The notes beneath the pieces are model-generated. The model had not been told where the DNA came from. It saw nothing but the letters and a program-made list of their open reading frames with translations, and searched no databases. Of a stretch of 64,000 nt of DNA, positions 37,935 to 48,387 are shown in pieces (positions within the stretch are counted from its first letter, which is position 1; every line of letters begins with the position of its first letter). Location of the stretch: NCBI GenBank assembly GCA_017454945.1, contig JAFTCA010000080.1, positions 9,978 through 73,977 on the forward strand. Reading direction: 5' to 3'. This DNA comes from Bacteroidales bacterium. GTDB lineage: Bacteria; Bacteroidota; Bacteroidia; Bacteroidales; WCHB1-69. Made by a program: the position numbers and the translations under genes.

Positions 37935-40409
37935 CTACATTTCGCCCTCTTGTTGCATACCACTACCCTGGTTAGCCCTCGACTCCAGCTCCATCTTGCC
38001 AAAACGGAAAGTGATACCCGCACGCACACTGCGACTGCTCCAACTGCTGCGGCTGGTGCTCGTCACAATATAATAAGGGTTGTTGGTCTCGTACGACATC
38101 TTGTTCCAGTTGAAAATGTCGTGCACATCCACATAGACCGAGATGCGATTCTTCCAGAAATTTGCCTTCAGACCCAAATCGATGGAATAACGCGGCTTGT
38201 TGACCGTAAACAACGACTTTGTTTTAGAGCGATAGTTTGCCGACGCATTGATTTCCAACACCTTCCATACTTTTGTCCAGAAATTCAAGCGGAAACTATA
38301 GGAGACATTCTGAACGAGGCGGGGGTCTTCTTCGTCGCGGAACTGGAACTGCGACCGCGCATAGAACACGTTGGCATAGAAACGGATGTTCATGAACGCC
38401 TTCAACTGGTACATCATATTGAACTCTGCACCCGTATTGAGCGATTTGCCTGCGTTGACCGGCTTGGTAAAGCTGACTATGGTACCGAAAAACGGGCTAT
38501 ACACCACATCCGAAAAGCTTGAAAACTCGTCTTTAGTATTTCTGAAATAGGCATTGATGCCCACATTGCCAAACTTGCGGATGAACTTGGTCCAGCCCGC
38601 CTCCACCGCATTGGTATAGGCCGAACGCAAATCGGGGTTGCCCGTGCTGAAACTCTGCTCACTATAAGTGATAAACGTGGTTAGACTTTGAGCAGAAGGA
38701 TTATTCACTCGTCTTGTATAGCTGAGTTTGAAGTTGTGCATCGATTTGGTGCGATAGGTCAAATGTAACGACGGAAAGAGTCCCCAATAGCCTTTTGTAA
38801 GATTGTTCGCAGGTGAAGTAAAATAATGAAGACCAAACATTTCGTATTCCGCACGAAGACCTCCCTTTAGAGTAAAGCGCCCAAAACGATGCTGTAAAGT
38901 AACATACGCCGCCACCCCACCATCACGACCTCTATAGTCATAAGAACGAACAGTATCGTGGTATGTTATAGGAGGTATTCCGTCCAAATCGCTAACTGCA
39001 AGAGAATCTTCATGATAAACAACTCTATTTTGACCAAAATCCCCGCTAGCACCCACCTCTATCTCACCATCCTTGTGATAAGGAACCGTGTAATTCAACG
39101 ACAAACTGGTACTCAAATTCTGATATTTTCTATCTGTCCTTTTGAACTTATCCTTTTCATCCATGACAACAAAATCCCGATCTTCAGTCCCCTCGGATTG
39201 ACTTCTCCAAAGAGAAAAGTTGGCGCTGGCATTGATTTTATGGCCCTTATTGTTAAACCTATGCTCATACCACAAGCCTCCATAGCCCCCTACATTATTC
39301 GATTTGCTCTGCGATTCTCTGTTATAGGAATAATCACCCTGAGCATAGAGATACTCCTTGCGTATCATACTTTCGCTTGCTTGCGATCGGTTCCACGACG
39401 GATAAGTTCCTGCCCAAAAAGTAATGCTATTGGCCGTGTCAGGAGTATAAGAGCCATTGATATAAAGGCCTGTGTAGTGACTGGGTTGACGGTTGCTGCC
39501 CTTGCTATGATAGAAAGCTGAGGTGTCGCCCTCATTGTTAAAGGCAGTCTCCTGAACCTCGTCCGTGCCCTTGGTAATAGAATAAGAATAGTTGAGATAG
39601 GTGCTGATAGAGAACTTCTTATTAGCATAAACATAAGAAATCCACGGAGTTACATTGGGCGAGCTGGAACCGCGCACACCAAAACTGAGGAAGCTGTTCT
39701 TTTTGATATCGGAAACTGTCACGATATTGATTACACCGCCGTCGCTTTGGGCGCTATAGCGTGCCGAAGGGTTGGTGATGACCTCAATCTTCTCGATATT
39801 ATCGGCGGGCATCTGCTGCAGGAAATTTTTCAGTGCATCCCCGTTCATGTTCGACGGTTTGTTGTTTATCCATATCTCGACCGAAGAGACACCGCGCAGC
39901 GAAACATTGCCCTCCACACCGACCTCCACGCCAGGTGCGTTCTGCAAGGCATCGGTGGCGGTTCCCGAATGGATGGATGGGTCTTCAGACACATTATAGA
40001 GGGTCTTCTCGCCATCCATCATATAGACAGGCTTCTGGGCCGCAATGCTCACCTCGCGGAGCGTGGTACTCACCTTCTTCATTCCCATCTCGCCTATATT
40101 CAAACGACGCTGTTCACCGCCTACAGTAACTGGCCGGACTAGCATATCATAGCCTACAATATTGGCTTTCAGCACATATGTTCCCGCAGAAACACCCGAC
40201 AGGGAGAAATTGCCCGATGCATCGGTGTAGGCATTAGCTACAACAGTGGCTGTGGAGTCTTGCGTCATCAAACCTACAGTCACATAGAACAGTTTCTCGC
40301 GACTGAGCGAATCCACCATCTTGCCGGTAATGGTATAATGTTGTGCCGAAAGAGCACCTGCTAACAATGACAACAAAAGTGTAAGCAAAGGTCGAAGAAG
40401 TCTGCTCAT
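37935..40409 (-). CDS. TonB-dependent-receptor-like outer-membrane beta-barrel protein with N-terminal carboxypeptidase-regulatory-like domain
   Basis: Signal peptide (MSRLLRPLLTLLLSLLAGALSAQ), a CarbopepD_reg-like domain (TITGKMVD...TDASGNFSLSGVSAGTYVLKA), a plug-like region, and a long alternating beta-strand C-terminus. Start moved to Met30 of the track ORF (ATG 40409) because the -7 box is at 40437-40444. Confidence 0.8.
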   Translation of the reverse strand: MSRLLRPLLTLLLSLLAGALSAQHYTITGKMVDSLSREKLFYVTVGLMTQDSTATVVANAYTDASGNFSLSGVSAGTYVLKANIVGYDMLVRPVTVGGEQRRLNIGEMGMKKVSTTLREVSIAAQKPVYMMDGEKTLYNVSEDPSIHSGTATDALQNAPGVEVGVEGNVSLRGVSSVEIWINNKPSNMNGDALKNFLQQMPADNIEKIEVITNPSARYSAQSDGGVINIVTVSDIKKNSFLSFGVRGSSSPNVTPWISYVYANKKFSISTYLNYSYSITKGTDEVQETAFNNEGDTSAFYHSKGSNRQPSHYTGLYINGSYTPDTANSITFWAGTYPSWNRSQASESMIRKEYLYAQGDYSYNRESQSKSNNVGGYGGLWYEHRFNNKGHKINASANFSLWRSQSEGTEDRDFVVMDEKDKFKRTDRKYQNLSTSLSLNYTVPYHKDGEIEVGASGDFGQNRVVYHEDSLAVSDLDGIPPITYHDTVRSYDYRGRDGGVAAYVTLQHRFGRFTLKGGLRAEYEMFGLHYFTSPANNLTKGYWGLFPSLHLTYRTKSMHNFKLSYTRRVNNPSAQSLTTFITYSEQSFSTGNPDLRSAYTNAVEAGWTKFIRKFGNVGINAYFRNTKDEFSSFSDVVYSPFFGTIVSFTKPVNAGKSLNTGAEFNMMYQLKAFMNIRFYANVFYARSQFQFRDEEDPRLVQNVSYSFRLNFWTKVWKVLEINASANYRSKTKSLFTVNKPRYSIDLGLKANFWKNRISVYVDVHDIFNWNKMSYETNNPYYIVTSTSRSSWSSRSVRAGITFRFGKMELESRANQGSGMQQEGEM

Positions 40410-40436
40410 AAAATGATTCTTTAATGAAATGATTTG

Positions 40437-40444
40437 CAAAGATA
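40437..40444 (-). promoter_or_regulatory. -7 box (TAtcTTTG on minus strand) for the TonB-dependent-receptor-like gene
   Basis: The reverse complement of CAAAGATA lies 28 nt upstream of ATG 40409, immediately after the eno terminator U-run. Confidence 0.5.
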
Positions 40445-40474
40445 TAAAAAAGCCCCACACAAGTGCAGGGCTTA
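40444..40474 (-). terminator. Rho-independent terminator of eno
   Basis: The minus strand reads AAGCCCtgCAC-ttgt-GTGGGGCTT followed by TTTTTT. Confidence 0.75.
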
Positions 40475-40500
40475 TAAAAGAAAGCTGTATGCTCAACTAA

Positions 40501-41820
<1,320 letters not shown>

Positions 41821-41833
41821 TTATTTTGCGGTG

Positions 41834-41841
41834 CAAAGGTA
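41834..41841 (-). promoter_or_regulatory. -7 box (TAccTTTG on minus strand) for eno
   Basis: The reverse complement of CAAAGGTA lies 44 nt upstream of ATG 41790. Confidence 0.5.
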
Positions 41842-41899
41842 ATAAAATTTCAAGAAAATTGAACATACATATTAATATATATTTTGCGATAAAAATAAG

Positions 41900-41907
41900 T
41901 ATCTTTG
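41900..41907 (+). promoter_or_regulatory. -7 box (TAtcTTTG) for kdsC
   Basis: TATCTTTG lies 60 nt upstream of ATG 41967. Confidence 0.45.
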
Positions 41908-41966
41908 CATCGTTGTAAACAGGTCACGCAAACGACTGTTTTATCGCTCATTAACAATCATATCAA

Positions 41967-42488
41967 ATGGACAATTACCAAACAAAACTTCAGCATATCA
42001 CCACGTTCATCTTCGACTTCGACGGTGTTTTGTCGGACGGCAAAATCTATGTGTTGCCTGACGGCGACCAGATGCGAGCCACCGACGTCAAGGACGGCTA
42101 TGCACTGCAATACGCGCTGCGCAAAGGCTATCATGTGGCCGTCATCTCTGGTGGCTACTCAGAGACCATGCGCTTGCGCTACACAAGTTTCCCAGGAATG
42201 GAGATTTTTTTGAAAGTGAGCGACAAGGTGCAGATGTTCAACGAGTACCTCAGCAGTCACAACCTAACGCCTGCCGAAGTGATGTTCATGGGCGATGACA
42301 TCCCCGATTACAAAGTGATGATGATGGCGGGCCTAAAATGCTGTCCTGCCGACGCTTCGCACGAGATCAGGCAGATTGCTGACTATGTGTCGTACCGCCC
42401 GGGCGGTCGCGGCTGCGTGCGCGATGTGATTGAGCAAACCCTTAGAGCGCAAGGCAAATGGTTTGAAGATGACGCCTGCCTCTGGTAA
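41967..42488 (+). CDS. kdsC: KDO 8-phosphate phosphatase (HAD-IIIA)
   Basis: HAD motif I FIFDFDGVLSDG, motif IV GDDIPD, and 173-aa KdsC-like size. Confidence 0.8.
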   Translation: MDNYQTKLQHITTFIFDFDGVLSDGKIYVLPDGDQMRATDVKDGYALQYALRKGYHVAVISGGYSETMRLRYTSFPGMEIFLKVSDKVQMFNEYLSSHNLTPAEVMFMGDDIPDYKVMMMAGLKCCPADASHEIRQIADYVSYRPGGRGCVRDVIEQTLRAQGKWFEDDACLW

Positions 42489-42550
42489 AGATTTATAACT
42501 TTTAGCATATTCAAAAGTCTATTACAATAAATTCTCAAAAACAAACTGTT

Positions 42551-43201
42551 ATGAAAATGAAAAAATGGATTGTCATCCTGACGATGTGTTTGCTGCCCGC
42601 ACTGACTTTCGGACAGAGCGCTAATCCTTTTCCACCTCAAAATTCCCAACTGCGCCACGAAATAGGTGTGAGTGCAGGACCTATCTCAGGTTATTCGGTT
42701 ATGGTGGAACTTGTTTCGGCCATTTTCGTACTGCCCATTTCCGCTATCGGTGGCAAATATATGGACATCAAGAACTACGGTGGCTACGGACTTCATTACT
42801 ATTATCAAGTGAAACCGTGGCTGCAAGTGGGTGTTAAAACCACGGCCGAAGCATTCAGCTATGTAAGCTACACCGACTCGACCCATAAGGTAATTGACTC
42901 ACGGAGTAATGTTGTTTTGCTCAACATTACACCTTCGATAAAGTTCACCTACCTAAACCGTCCGTGGGTGCGCCTCTATTCGGGACTTGACGTGGGCTTG
43001 GGCATTGCTCCGAGCGGCGGCAACAGTAAGAGCAGCAGCGATAGTGAAGACGGCTCCTCGAAAAGCAGTAGTGTAGGCTTCTATCCTGCTTTCAACATCA
43101 CCCCTATCGGTGTCAATGTCGGCAAGGGCTTTTTCGGCTTTGTCGAAACCAACATCGGCTCCGACACCTTCATCAAGGCTGGTATCGGTGCAAGATGGTA
43201 A
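42551..43201 (+). CDS. Small outer-membrane beta-barrel protein with internal Ser-rich loop
   Basis: Signal peptide, alternating aromatic/hydrophobic strands, and a terminal aromatic residue (GIGARW). Contains the low-complexity loop GGNSKSSSDSEDGSSKSSS. Confidence 0.6.
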   Translation: MKMKKWIVILTMCLLPALTFGQSANPFPPQNSQLRHEIGVSAGPISGYSVMVELVSAIFVLPISAIGGKYMDIKNYGGYGLHYYYQVKPWLQVGVKTTAEAFSYVSYTDSTHKVIDSRSNVVLLNITPSIKFTYLNRPWVRLYSGLDVGLGIAPSGGNSKSSSDSEDGSSKSSSVGFYPAFNITPIGVNVGKGFFGFVETNIGSDTFIKAGIGARW

Positions 43202-43284
43202 CAAATAATTTATAATTAACAATTTACAATTAATAACTATAGATTGAAAATTGTAGGGACGCACCGCGTACGTCCACTGTACTG

Positions 43285-43324
43285 AAAAGGTAAGGGGCGA
43301 ATGTTTATTCGCCCCTTACCTTTT
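43285..43324. terminator. Bidirectional terminator between convergent OMP gene and murA
   Basis: Perfect 18-bp stem AAAAGGTAAGGGGCGAAT-gttt-ATTCGCCCCTTACCTTTT. The A/T ends give U-runs in both directions. Confidence 0.85.
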
Positions 43325-44639
43325 AATATGTCATCCCTTCGGCTTCGATATCGGCGCCCAGTTGCTGGAGGCGCTGCACGATATTCTGATAGCCGCGGTC
43401 GATCTGCTCGCTATTTTGGATGACGCTGCGACCGTCGGCCGAGAGGGCGGCGATGAGCAGTGCCACGCCCGCACGTATATCAGGCGATGACATGGTGGTG
43501 GCACGCAGATTTTTCTTGCGGTTCAAGCCTATGACAATGGCACGGTGCGGGTCGCAGAGCGTAATCTGGGCGCCCATCACGCGCAAGGTATCCACAAAAA
43601 ACAGACGGCTTTCGAACATCTTCTGATGGATAAGCACGCTTCCTTTGGCCTGGATAGCTGTCACAAGGGCAATACTGATCAAGTCGGGCGTGAAACCGGG
43701 CCACGGCGCATCGGCAATGGTGAGAATAGAGCCATCCATATTGGTCTCTATCTCGTACTCTTCCTGTCGGGGAATGTAAATGTCGTCGCCACGCTGCTCG
43801 TAGCGAATGCCCAGTTTGCCAAACACCGACGGGATAATGCCGAGATGCTGGCAGGCACAGTTCTTGATGGTGATGCCCGAGCCGATAACGGCAGCCATGC
43901 CCATAAAGCTGCCCACCTCAATCATGTCGGGCAGAATGGTGTGCTCGCAGCCATGCAACTCTTCCACACCTTCGATGGTGAGCAGGTTGGAGCCGATACC
44001 GCTGATGCGCGCGCCCATACTGTTGAGCATGGTACACAGCTGATACAAATAGGGTTCGCAAGCGGCATTGAAGATGGTGGTCTTCCCTTTGGCCATCACG
44101 GCGGCCATCACCACATTGGCGGTACCCGTAACCGACGCCTCATTGAGCAGCATATAAGTGCCCACCAGCGGCTGTCCACTAAATGTAAAGATTGAACTGG
44201 CGGCGTCATATTCGACTTTGGCACCCAAGGCGGCAAAGCCCTCAAAATGGGTGTTCATCGGGCGCAAGCCTATCTTGTCGCCGCCAGGCTGGGCCATGTA
44301 AGCCTTGCCAAAGCGTCCCAACAGAGGACCGATAATCATCAGGGAGGCGCGAATAGAACCCGACAATTTGATAAACTCGGGGGTTTTCAAATCCTCGATA
44401 TTGATGTCGGCGGCCTGAAAATCGTAAGTGTCCTCATTGATTCGCTCAATGGTGACGCCCATACTTTTCAGGATGTCTATCAACTTCCTCACATCGCGGA
44501 TGTAAGGAACGTTGTGTATCCGCACTTTCTCTTTGGTAAGCAGCGTGGCACATATCACCTGAAGCGCCTCATTCTTAGCGCCTTGCGGGATAATCTCGCC
44601 TTGCAACTGCTTGCCGCCCTGAATGATAAAATTGCCCAT
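43323..44639 (-). CDS. murA: UDP-N-acetylglucosamine 1-carboxyvinyltransferase, Asp variant at the fosfomycin-target position
   Basis: Full-length MurA pattern (QGAKNEAL, LRPMNTHF, DPHRA). The active-site loop reads QPGGDKIGLRP where E. coli has PGGC(A/T)IGARP. Confidence 0.93.
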   Translation of the reverse strand: MGNFIIQGGKQLQGEIIPQGAKNEALQVICATLLTKEKVRIHNVPYIRDVRKLIDILKSMGVTIERINEDTYDFQAADINIEDLKTPEFIKLSGSIRASLMIIGPLLGRFGKAYMAQPGGDKIGLRPMNTHFEGFAALGAKVEYDAASSIFTFSGQPLVGTYMLLNEASVTGTANVVMAAVMAKGKTTIFNAACEPYLYQLCTMLNSMGARISGIGSNLLTIEGVEELHGCEHTILPDMIEVGSFMGMAAVIGSGITIKNCACQHLGIIPSVFGKLGIRYEQRGDDIYIPRQEEYEIETNMDGSILTIADAPWPGFTPDLISIALVTAIQAKGSVLIHQKMFESRLFFVDTLRVMGAQITLCDPHRAIVIGLNRKKNLRATTMSSPDIRAGVALLIAALSADGRSVIQNSEQIDRGYQNIVQRLQQLGADIEAEGMTY

Positions 44640-44654
44640 AAATCTATATTTTGG

Positions 44655-45887
44655 TTACTGAGGAATTACCACGGGGAATTCATGGTTGAACTCCATACGG
44701 TAAGGTTCGCCAATGATGTTGGTCAAAAAGTCAACATACAAGTCGGTGAAGTAGAATTGGTTGGGATCGTAGTAGTCGTGCGGCAGCGGGAAGTTGCCCA
44801 CATTACCCATGTCGATAGCATCGGTATGGAACTCTTCCAGTTCGCTGTAAGGCACGATGTCACGCATAACGGGCATCTTGCCGTAGTCTTCACGAAGCAG
44901 AAGGTCAACCACTTTGTCGGCGAGGGTCGAAGTCAGTCGGCGGTCGTACTCATAGCACTTGCCTGAACGCGGGATGTAACCCGTAATCTGGCCACGCGCC
45001 TCGATGCCGGTCTTCTTAGAGATCTCGGATGCGATAACGCCGCTGATGCCGCCAAAGCGAGGATGGCCATACTCGTCGAGGTCGGAACTTGCATATACCA
45101 TTTCGGTTTCGCCCTTTTCGTCATTATACCATCTAACGCCTTCTGACACAGCTATAATCAAGCTTTTCTTGGGTGAGCGCATATATTTCTCTTTCACAAA
45201 TTCGAAGAAGAAGTCCTTGCGTTCTTTGGTGATTTCTATCTCGGGAACGAGGGCCACCTGGGCACCGCCGAAAATGGCGCTACCAGTCAGCCAACCAGCG
45301 TCACGACCCATCACCTCGAGCACCATAATACGCTCATGCGACTCGTTGGTGGTGTGCAGTTTGCTGGTGATTTTCTTCACGGCCATCGCACCTGACGGGA
45401 AGCCAGGACAGAGCACGGTTTCGTGTTGCACACCATGGTAATGGTGGATGGTGCGGGTACGAAGGTCGTTGTCGATGGTTTTTGGGAAGCCGATAACGGG
45501 AATACCGTAGAGCTCGTACATCCGCTTGGCTGCACCGTTGGTGTCATCACCACCGATAGTTACCAGCACATCGATCTTATATCTTTCGATGTTACGGAGA
45601 ATCTGTTGCGAGCGGTCTTCCTTGTGTTTCTTGCTGGGGAAGGGATTGGTACGGCTCGACAGCAGTGCGGTGCCACCATAGATGCCGTTATAAGGAATGT
45701 TGGTCAGGTCAACAATGTCGCCATCGCCCAAAAGGCCTTTCCAGCCACGGAGAATACCGTAAACCTTGAAGCCGAGCATGGAAGCTCTGTTTCTTACTGC
45801 TTCGATACTTGAATTGATGGCTGGCGTATCACCACCACCCGACAAGATAGCCAGTGTCTTTCCCGAAAAAAGTTTATCTGTTCTCAT
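44655..45887 (-). CDS. pfp: Pyrophosphate-dependent 6-phosphofructokinase (PFK family, PPi-type signature residues)
   Basis: PFK motifs GGDDTNGAA and PKTIDND. Asp in GGDD (vs GGDG) and Lys in PKTIDND (vs PGTIDND) are the residues classically associated with PPi rather than ATP use. Confidence 0.75.
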   Translation of the reverse strand: MRTDKLFSGKTLAILSGGGDTPAINSSIEAVRNRASMLGFKVYGILRGWKGLLGDGDIVDLTNIPYNGIYGGTALLSSRTNPFPSKKHKEDRSQQILRNIERYKIDVLVTIGGDDTNGAAKRMYELYGIPVIGFPKTIDNDLRTRTIHHYHGVQHETVLCPGFPSGAMAVKKITSKLHTTNESHERIMVLEVMGRDAGWLTGSAIFGGAQVALVPEIEITKERKDFFFEFVKEKYMRSPKKSLIIAVSEGVRWYNDEKGETEMVYASSDLDEYGHPRFGGISGVIASEISKKTGIEARGQITGYIPRSGKCYEYDRRLTSTLADKVVDLLLREDYGKMPVMRDIVPYSELEEFHTDAIDMGNVGNFPLPHDYYDPNQFYFTDLYVDFLTNIIGEPYRMEFNHEFPVVIPQ

Positions 45888-46023
45888 CTGATTTACTGCT
45901 AATTATAAAAAAGTTAATATTGAGGTTAATGTGTCTGTTACCTGTTTTTCCAAAATACAAAAACGATGCAAAAGTAAATAAAAAAGTTAAAATTTTCAAT
46001 ACTATTTTTCGCAAATTAAATCC

Positions 46024-46031
46024 TATATTTG
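46024..46031 (+). promoter_or_regulatory. -7 box (TAtaTTTG) for the porin-family gene
   Basis: TATATTTG overlaps the track's TTG start at 46029. ATG codons follow at 46044 and 46053. Confidence 0.45.
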
Positions 46032-46043
46032 CAAGCCAAAGCA

Positions 46044-46664
46044 ATGCAGACGATGAAACGCTTCTTAACCTTTATTCTTCTATTGGGCTGTCTTACGATT
46101 AGCTACGGCCAAGCCTTCAAGGGCGGCTTGCGGGTAGGCTTTACGGGCAGCCAAATTTCGGGTGACGACCTATCTGGGTTTCACAAGTTTGGAGCTTATG
46201 CCGGCGGCTTTGTCAACGTGCCTATCTCGCCTAATGGCAAATGGAAAATACAACCCGAAATCAACTTCACCATGAAGGGCAGCAGCACTTACTACCGTGG
46301 CGTCAGAGCTCGCAATGCTACCAACAAATATGTGCTCACATTGCTTTACGTTGATGTGCCAATCTTTTTCAAATGGAATCCTTGGCGCGGACTTGAACTG
46401 GAAGCAGGACCCTCGTTTAACATTTTGTGCTACGCCGAAGAGAGAGATGTTAACGGCAAAATGCGCGGTCGCAAGCCCTTCCGCTGGGGGGAATTGGCTG
46501 CTACCATAGGCGTTTCATACACATTTTTGGAACACTACGGTTTGGATTTCAGATGGTCTTCATCCATTGTTCCCGTACGCGTGCCTGGAGATTGGATTAT
46601 TAACAGAGTGGTCAAGAAACAATTCAACGACCTGCTGGCCTTTAGTTTCTTTTATCAGTTCTAA
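46044..46664 (+). CDS. Porin-family outer-membrane beta-barrel protein (OMP_b-brl_2/PorT-like)
   Basis: Signal peptide MKRFLTFILLLGCLTISYGQ, 8-10 amphipathic strands, and a terminal FFYQF. Start is uncertain (46044 or 46053). The 3' end overlaps the convergent gene by 23 nt. Confidence 0.65.
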   Translation: MQTMKRFLTFILLLGCLTISYGQAFKGGLRVGFTGSQISGDDLSGFHKFGAYAGGFVNVPISPNGKWKIQPEINFTMKGSSTYYRGVRARNATNKYVLTLLYVDVPIFFKWNPWRGLELEAGPSFNILCYAEERDVNGKMRGRKPFRWGELAATIGVSYTFLEHYGLDFRWSSSIVPVRVPGDWIINRVVKKQFNDLLAFSFFYQF

Positions 46665-48387
46665 CTTCTTTAAAGTCGAACGTCTCTTCCAAATCCCAGA
46701 AACCCCTGATTTCTATAGGTTTGTTAAAGAAAAAGATAATCTCAGGCTGTTCTTTTTTGAAATAGTTGCCCGTATCCCATCGGCCATTGCCGTTTCTATC
46801 CTCCACAACCTTGATTTTATAACTGCCTGGAATCAAATTATTATAGGAGACGGTCTGCTGTCCTGTAATGATATTTCTTTGTAACACAGCATCTTTCACA
46901 CCTAACAATTCCACAACATAGGACATGCCAGGCTGATCGGGCAGATAGTTGATAGCCAAATTGCCGTAGTCCTTTTCCGACTTGGTAGTAAACTGTACCT
47001 TGATGGTATCGTTCACCAGCCCATCGTAGCCGTAGAACACCGAATCACGGATGAGCAGTGTATAAGGCACTTTCTCTTCCAATTTGAAAGGCAGCGGCAA
47101 TGACATCACAAAATCATCGGGCACACTGAAAGTCTTGACCAGTGTGTCATTGCCATTCTTCTTGCGAGCAATGAGCAACGCCTCAAAACTGTCGACGGGC
47201 TTAATCGGATAGGAGAAGCGCAACGTGAGCGGCTTGTACAAATCGCCTGCATACTGGGAGGTCACTGTCAGCCCTTGTGTCGGCTCCGATCCTCGCTGAC
47301 GACTGCGCCCCGAGGATTTGCTTTTCTTGAAAGGCAGTACGGTCAGCGTGTCGTAAGTGCTTTCTGTCGGCTGCACCACAAAACGCACTGTATCGGTCAG
47401 CATGGTTTTCATATACCATGTTACCGTGTCGCCTAATTCACTCTGCTTTATAAAATGCTCTGGCAAAACGCCTTCCAACACTTCTGGCTCAAACGAGAAG
47501 ATGGGCAGACTGTATGGGAACTGGTATATTCCCTTTTGCGAGTTGGTGGCCTTTAATTTCTTCTGTACCGTATCGGCAGGCATGAAAAAACACAAACTTA
47601 TCGCAGTGGAATCGAGTTTAGCACCCCGATTAGCCGACCTTCCTTTTGTTTGCATCGAGTCGGACTTCTGTACGGTTGTCGTGTCGGGTGGCAACATCTT
47701 TTGCGCCACGGCCAACTCATCAGCAAAAGCGATGCCCTCGCCGCTCATATTGTACAGCAAATCGGAGTTCATATCCTTGAGGGCAAATACCTTATAGCTG
47801 TTTTCGGCAACATTGCTAAACTCAAAACGCCCGTCAGAGCTGGTCTTGGTGATATAATCGGGGCGAGTAGATAAAGGCAATGAATCTATGTCTTGCAAAT
47901 AGAGGAAAACAAAGCAGCCCGACTCCGGTTTTAAAGTTTGTGCGTTGGTCACCACGCCACGCAAATAAAACGAGTCCACATGGTCGCCAGTTGAGAAAGT
48001 GTAATGAAAATAGGACAACTTGTTGCCTTCGGTAAAATCCTTGATACAATCAGAAAAGACGATATTGTAGGTTCGATTGCTCTGTAGTGTGTCTTTCAAC
48101 TTCACTATCAGCGTTTTACTCGACACGATAAACTCTGGATTCTCGGTCAGCGGAGGAGAGAAGATGGCGTTATCCAAAGGATTGTTCAACTCCACAAACT
48201 CATCGAAGGATATTTTTATCTGCTTGGCATTAAAATTGGTTGTGCCACTTGGCGGCTCCACTTTCGACACAGAGGGAGGCGTCACATCACGCGGTCCGCC
48301 TGTCGGCACCACAATTTTAGCGCAACTGGCGAGCAGCAGCAGACACAACCACAAACAGCATATTCTATATCTCGTCATATCATCCAT
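46642..48387 (-). CDS. Lipoprotein with N-terminal Ig-like (SbsA/Big_5-type) domain
   Basis: Lipobox LLLASC, followed by VVPTGGPRDVTPPSVSKVEPPSGTTNFNAKQIKISFDEFVEL, the pattern of Big_5 Ig-like domains. The rest is beta-rich. The start abuts the stop of the upstream gene. Confidence 0.6.
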   Translation of the reverse strand: MDDMTRYRICCLWLCLLLLASCAKIVVPTGGPRDVTPPSVSKVEPPSGTTNFNAKQIKISFDEFVELNNPLDNAIFSPPLTENPEFIVSSKTLIVKLKDTLQSNRTYNIVFSDCIKDFTEGNKLSYFHYTFSTGDHVDSFYLRGVVTNAQTLKPESGCFVFLYLQDIDSLPLSTRPDYITKTSSDGRFEFSNVAENSYKVFALKDMNSDLLYNMSGEGIAFADELAVAQKMLPPDTTTVQKSDSMQTKGRSANRGAKLDSTAISLCFFMPADTVQKKLKATNSQKGIYQFPYSLPIFSFEPEVLEGVLPEHFIKQSELGDTVTWYMKTMLTDTVRFVVQPTESTYDTLTVLPFKKSKSSGRSRQRGSEPTQGLTVTSQYAGDLYKPLTLRFSYPIKPVDSFEALLIARKKNGNDTLVKTFSVPDDFVMSLPLPFKLEEKVPYTLLIRDSVFYGYDGLVNDTIKVQFTTKSEKDYGNLAINYLPDQPGMSYVVELLGVKDAVLQRNIITGQQTVSYNNLIPGSYKIKVVEDRNGNGRWDTGNYFKKEQPEIIFFFNKPIEIRGFWDLEETFDFKEVRTDKRN

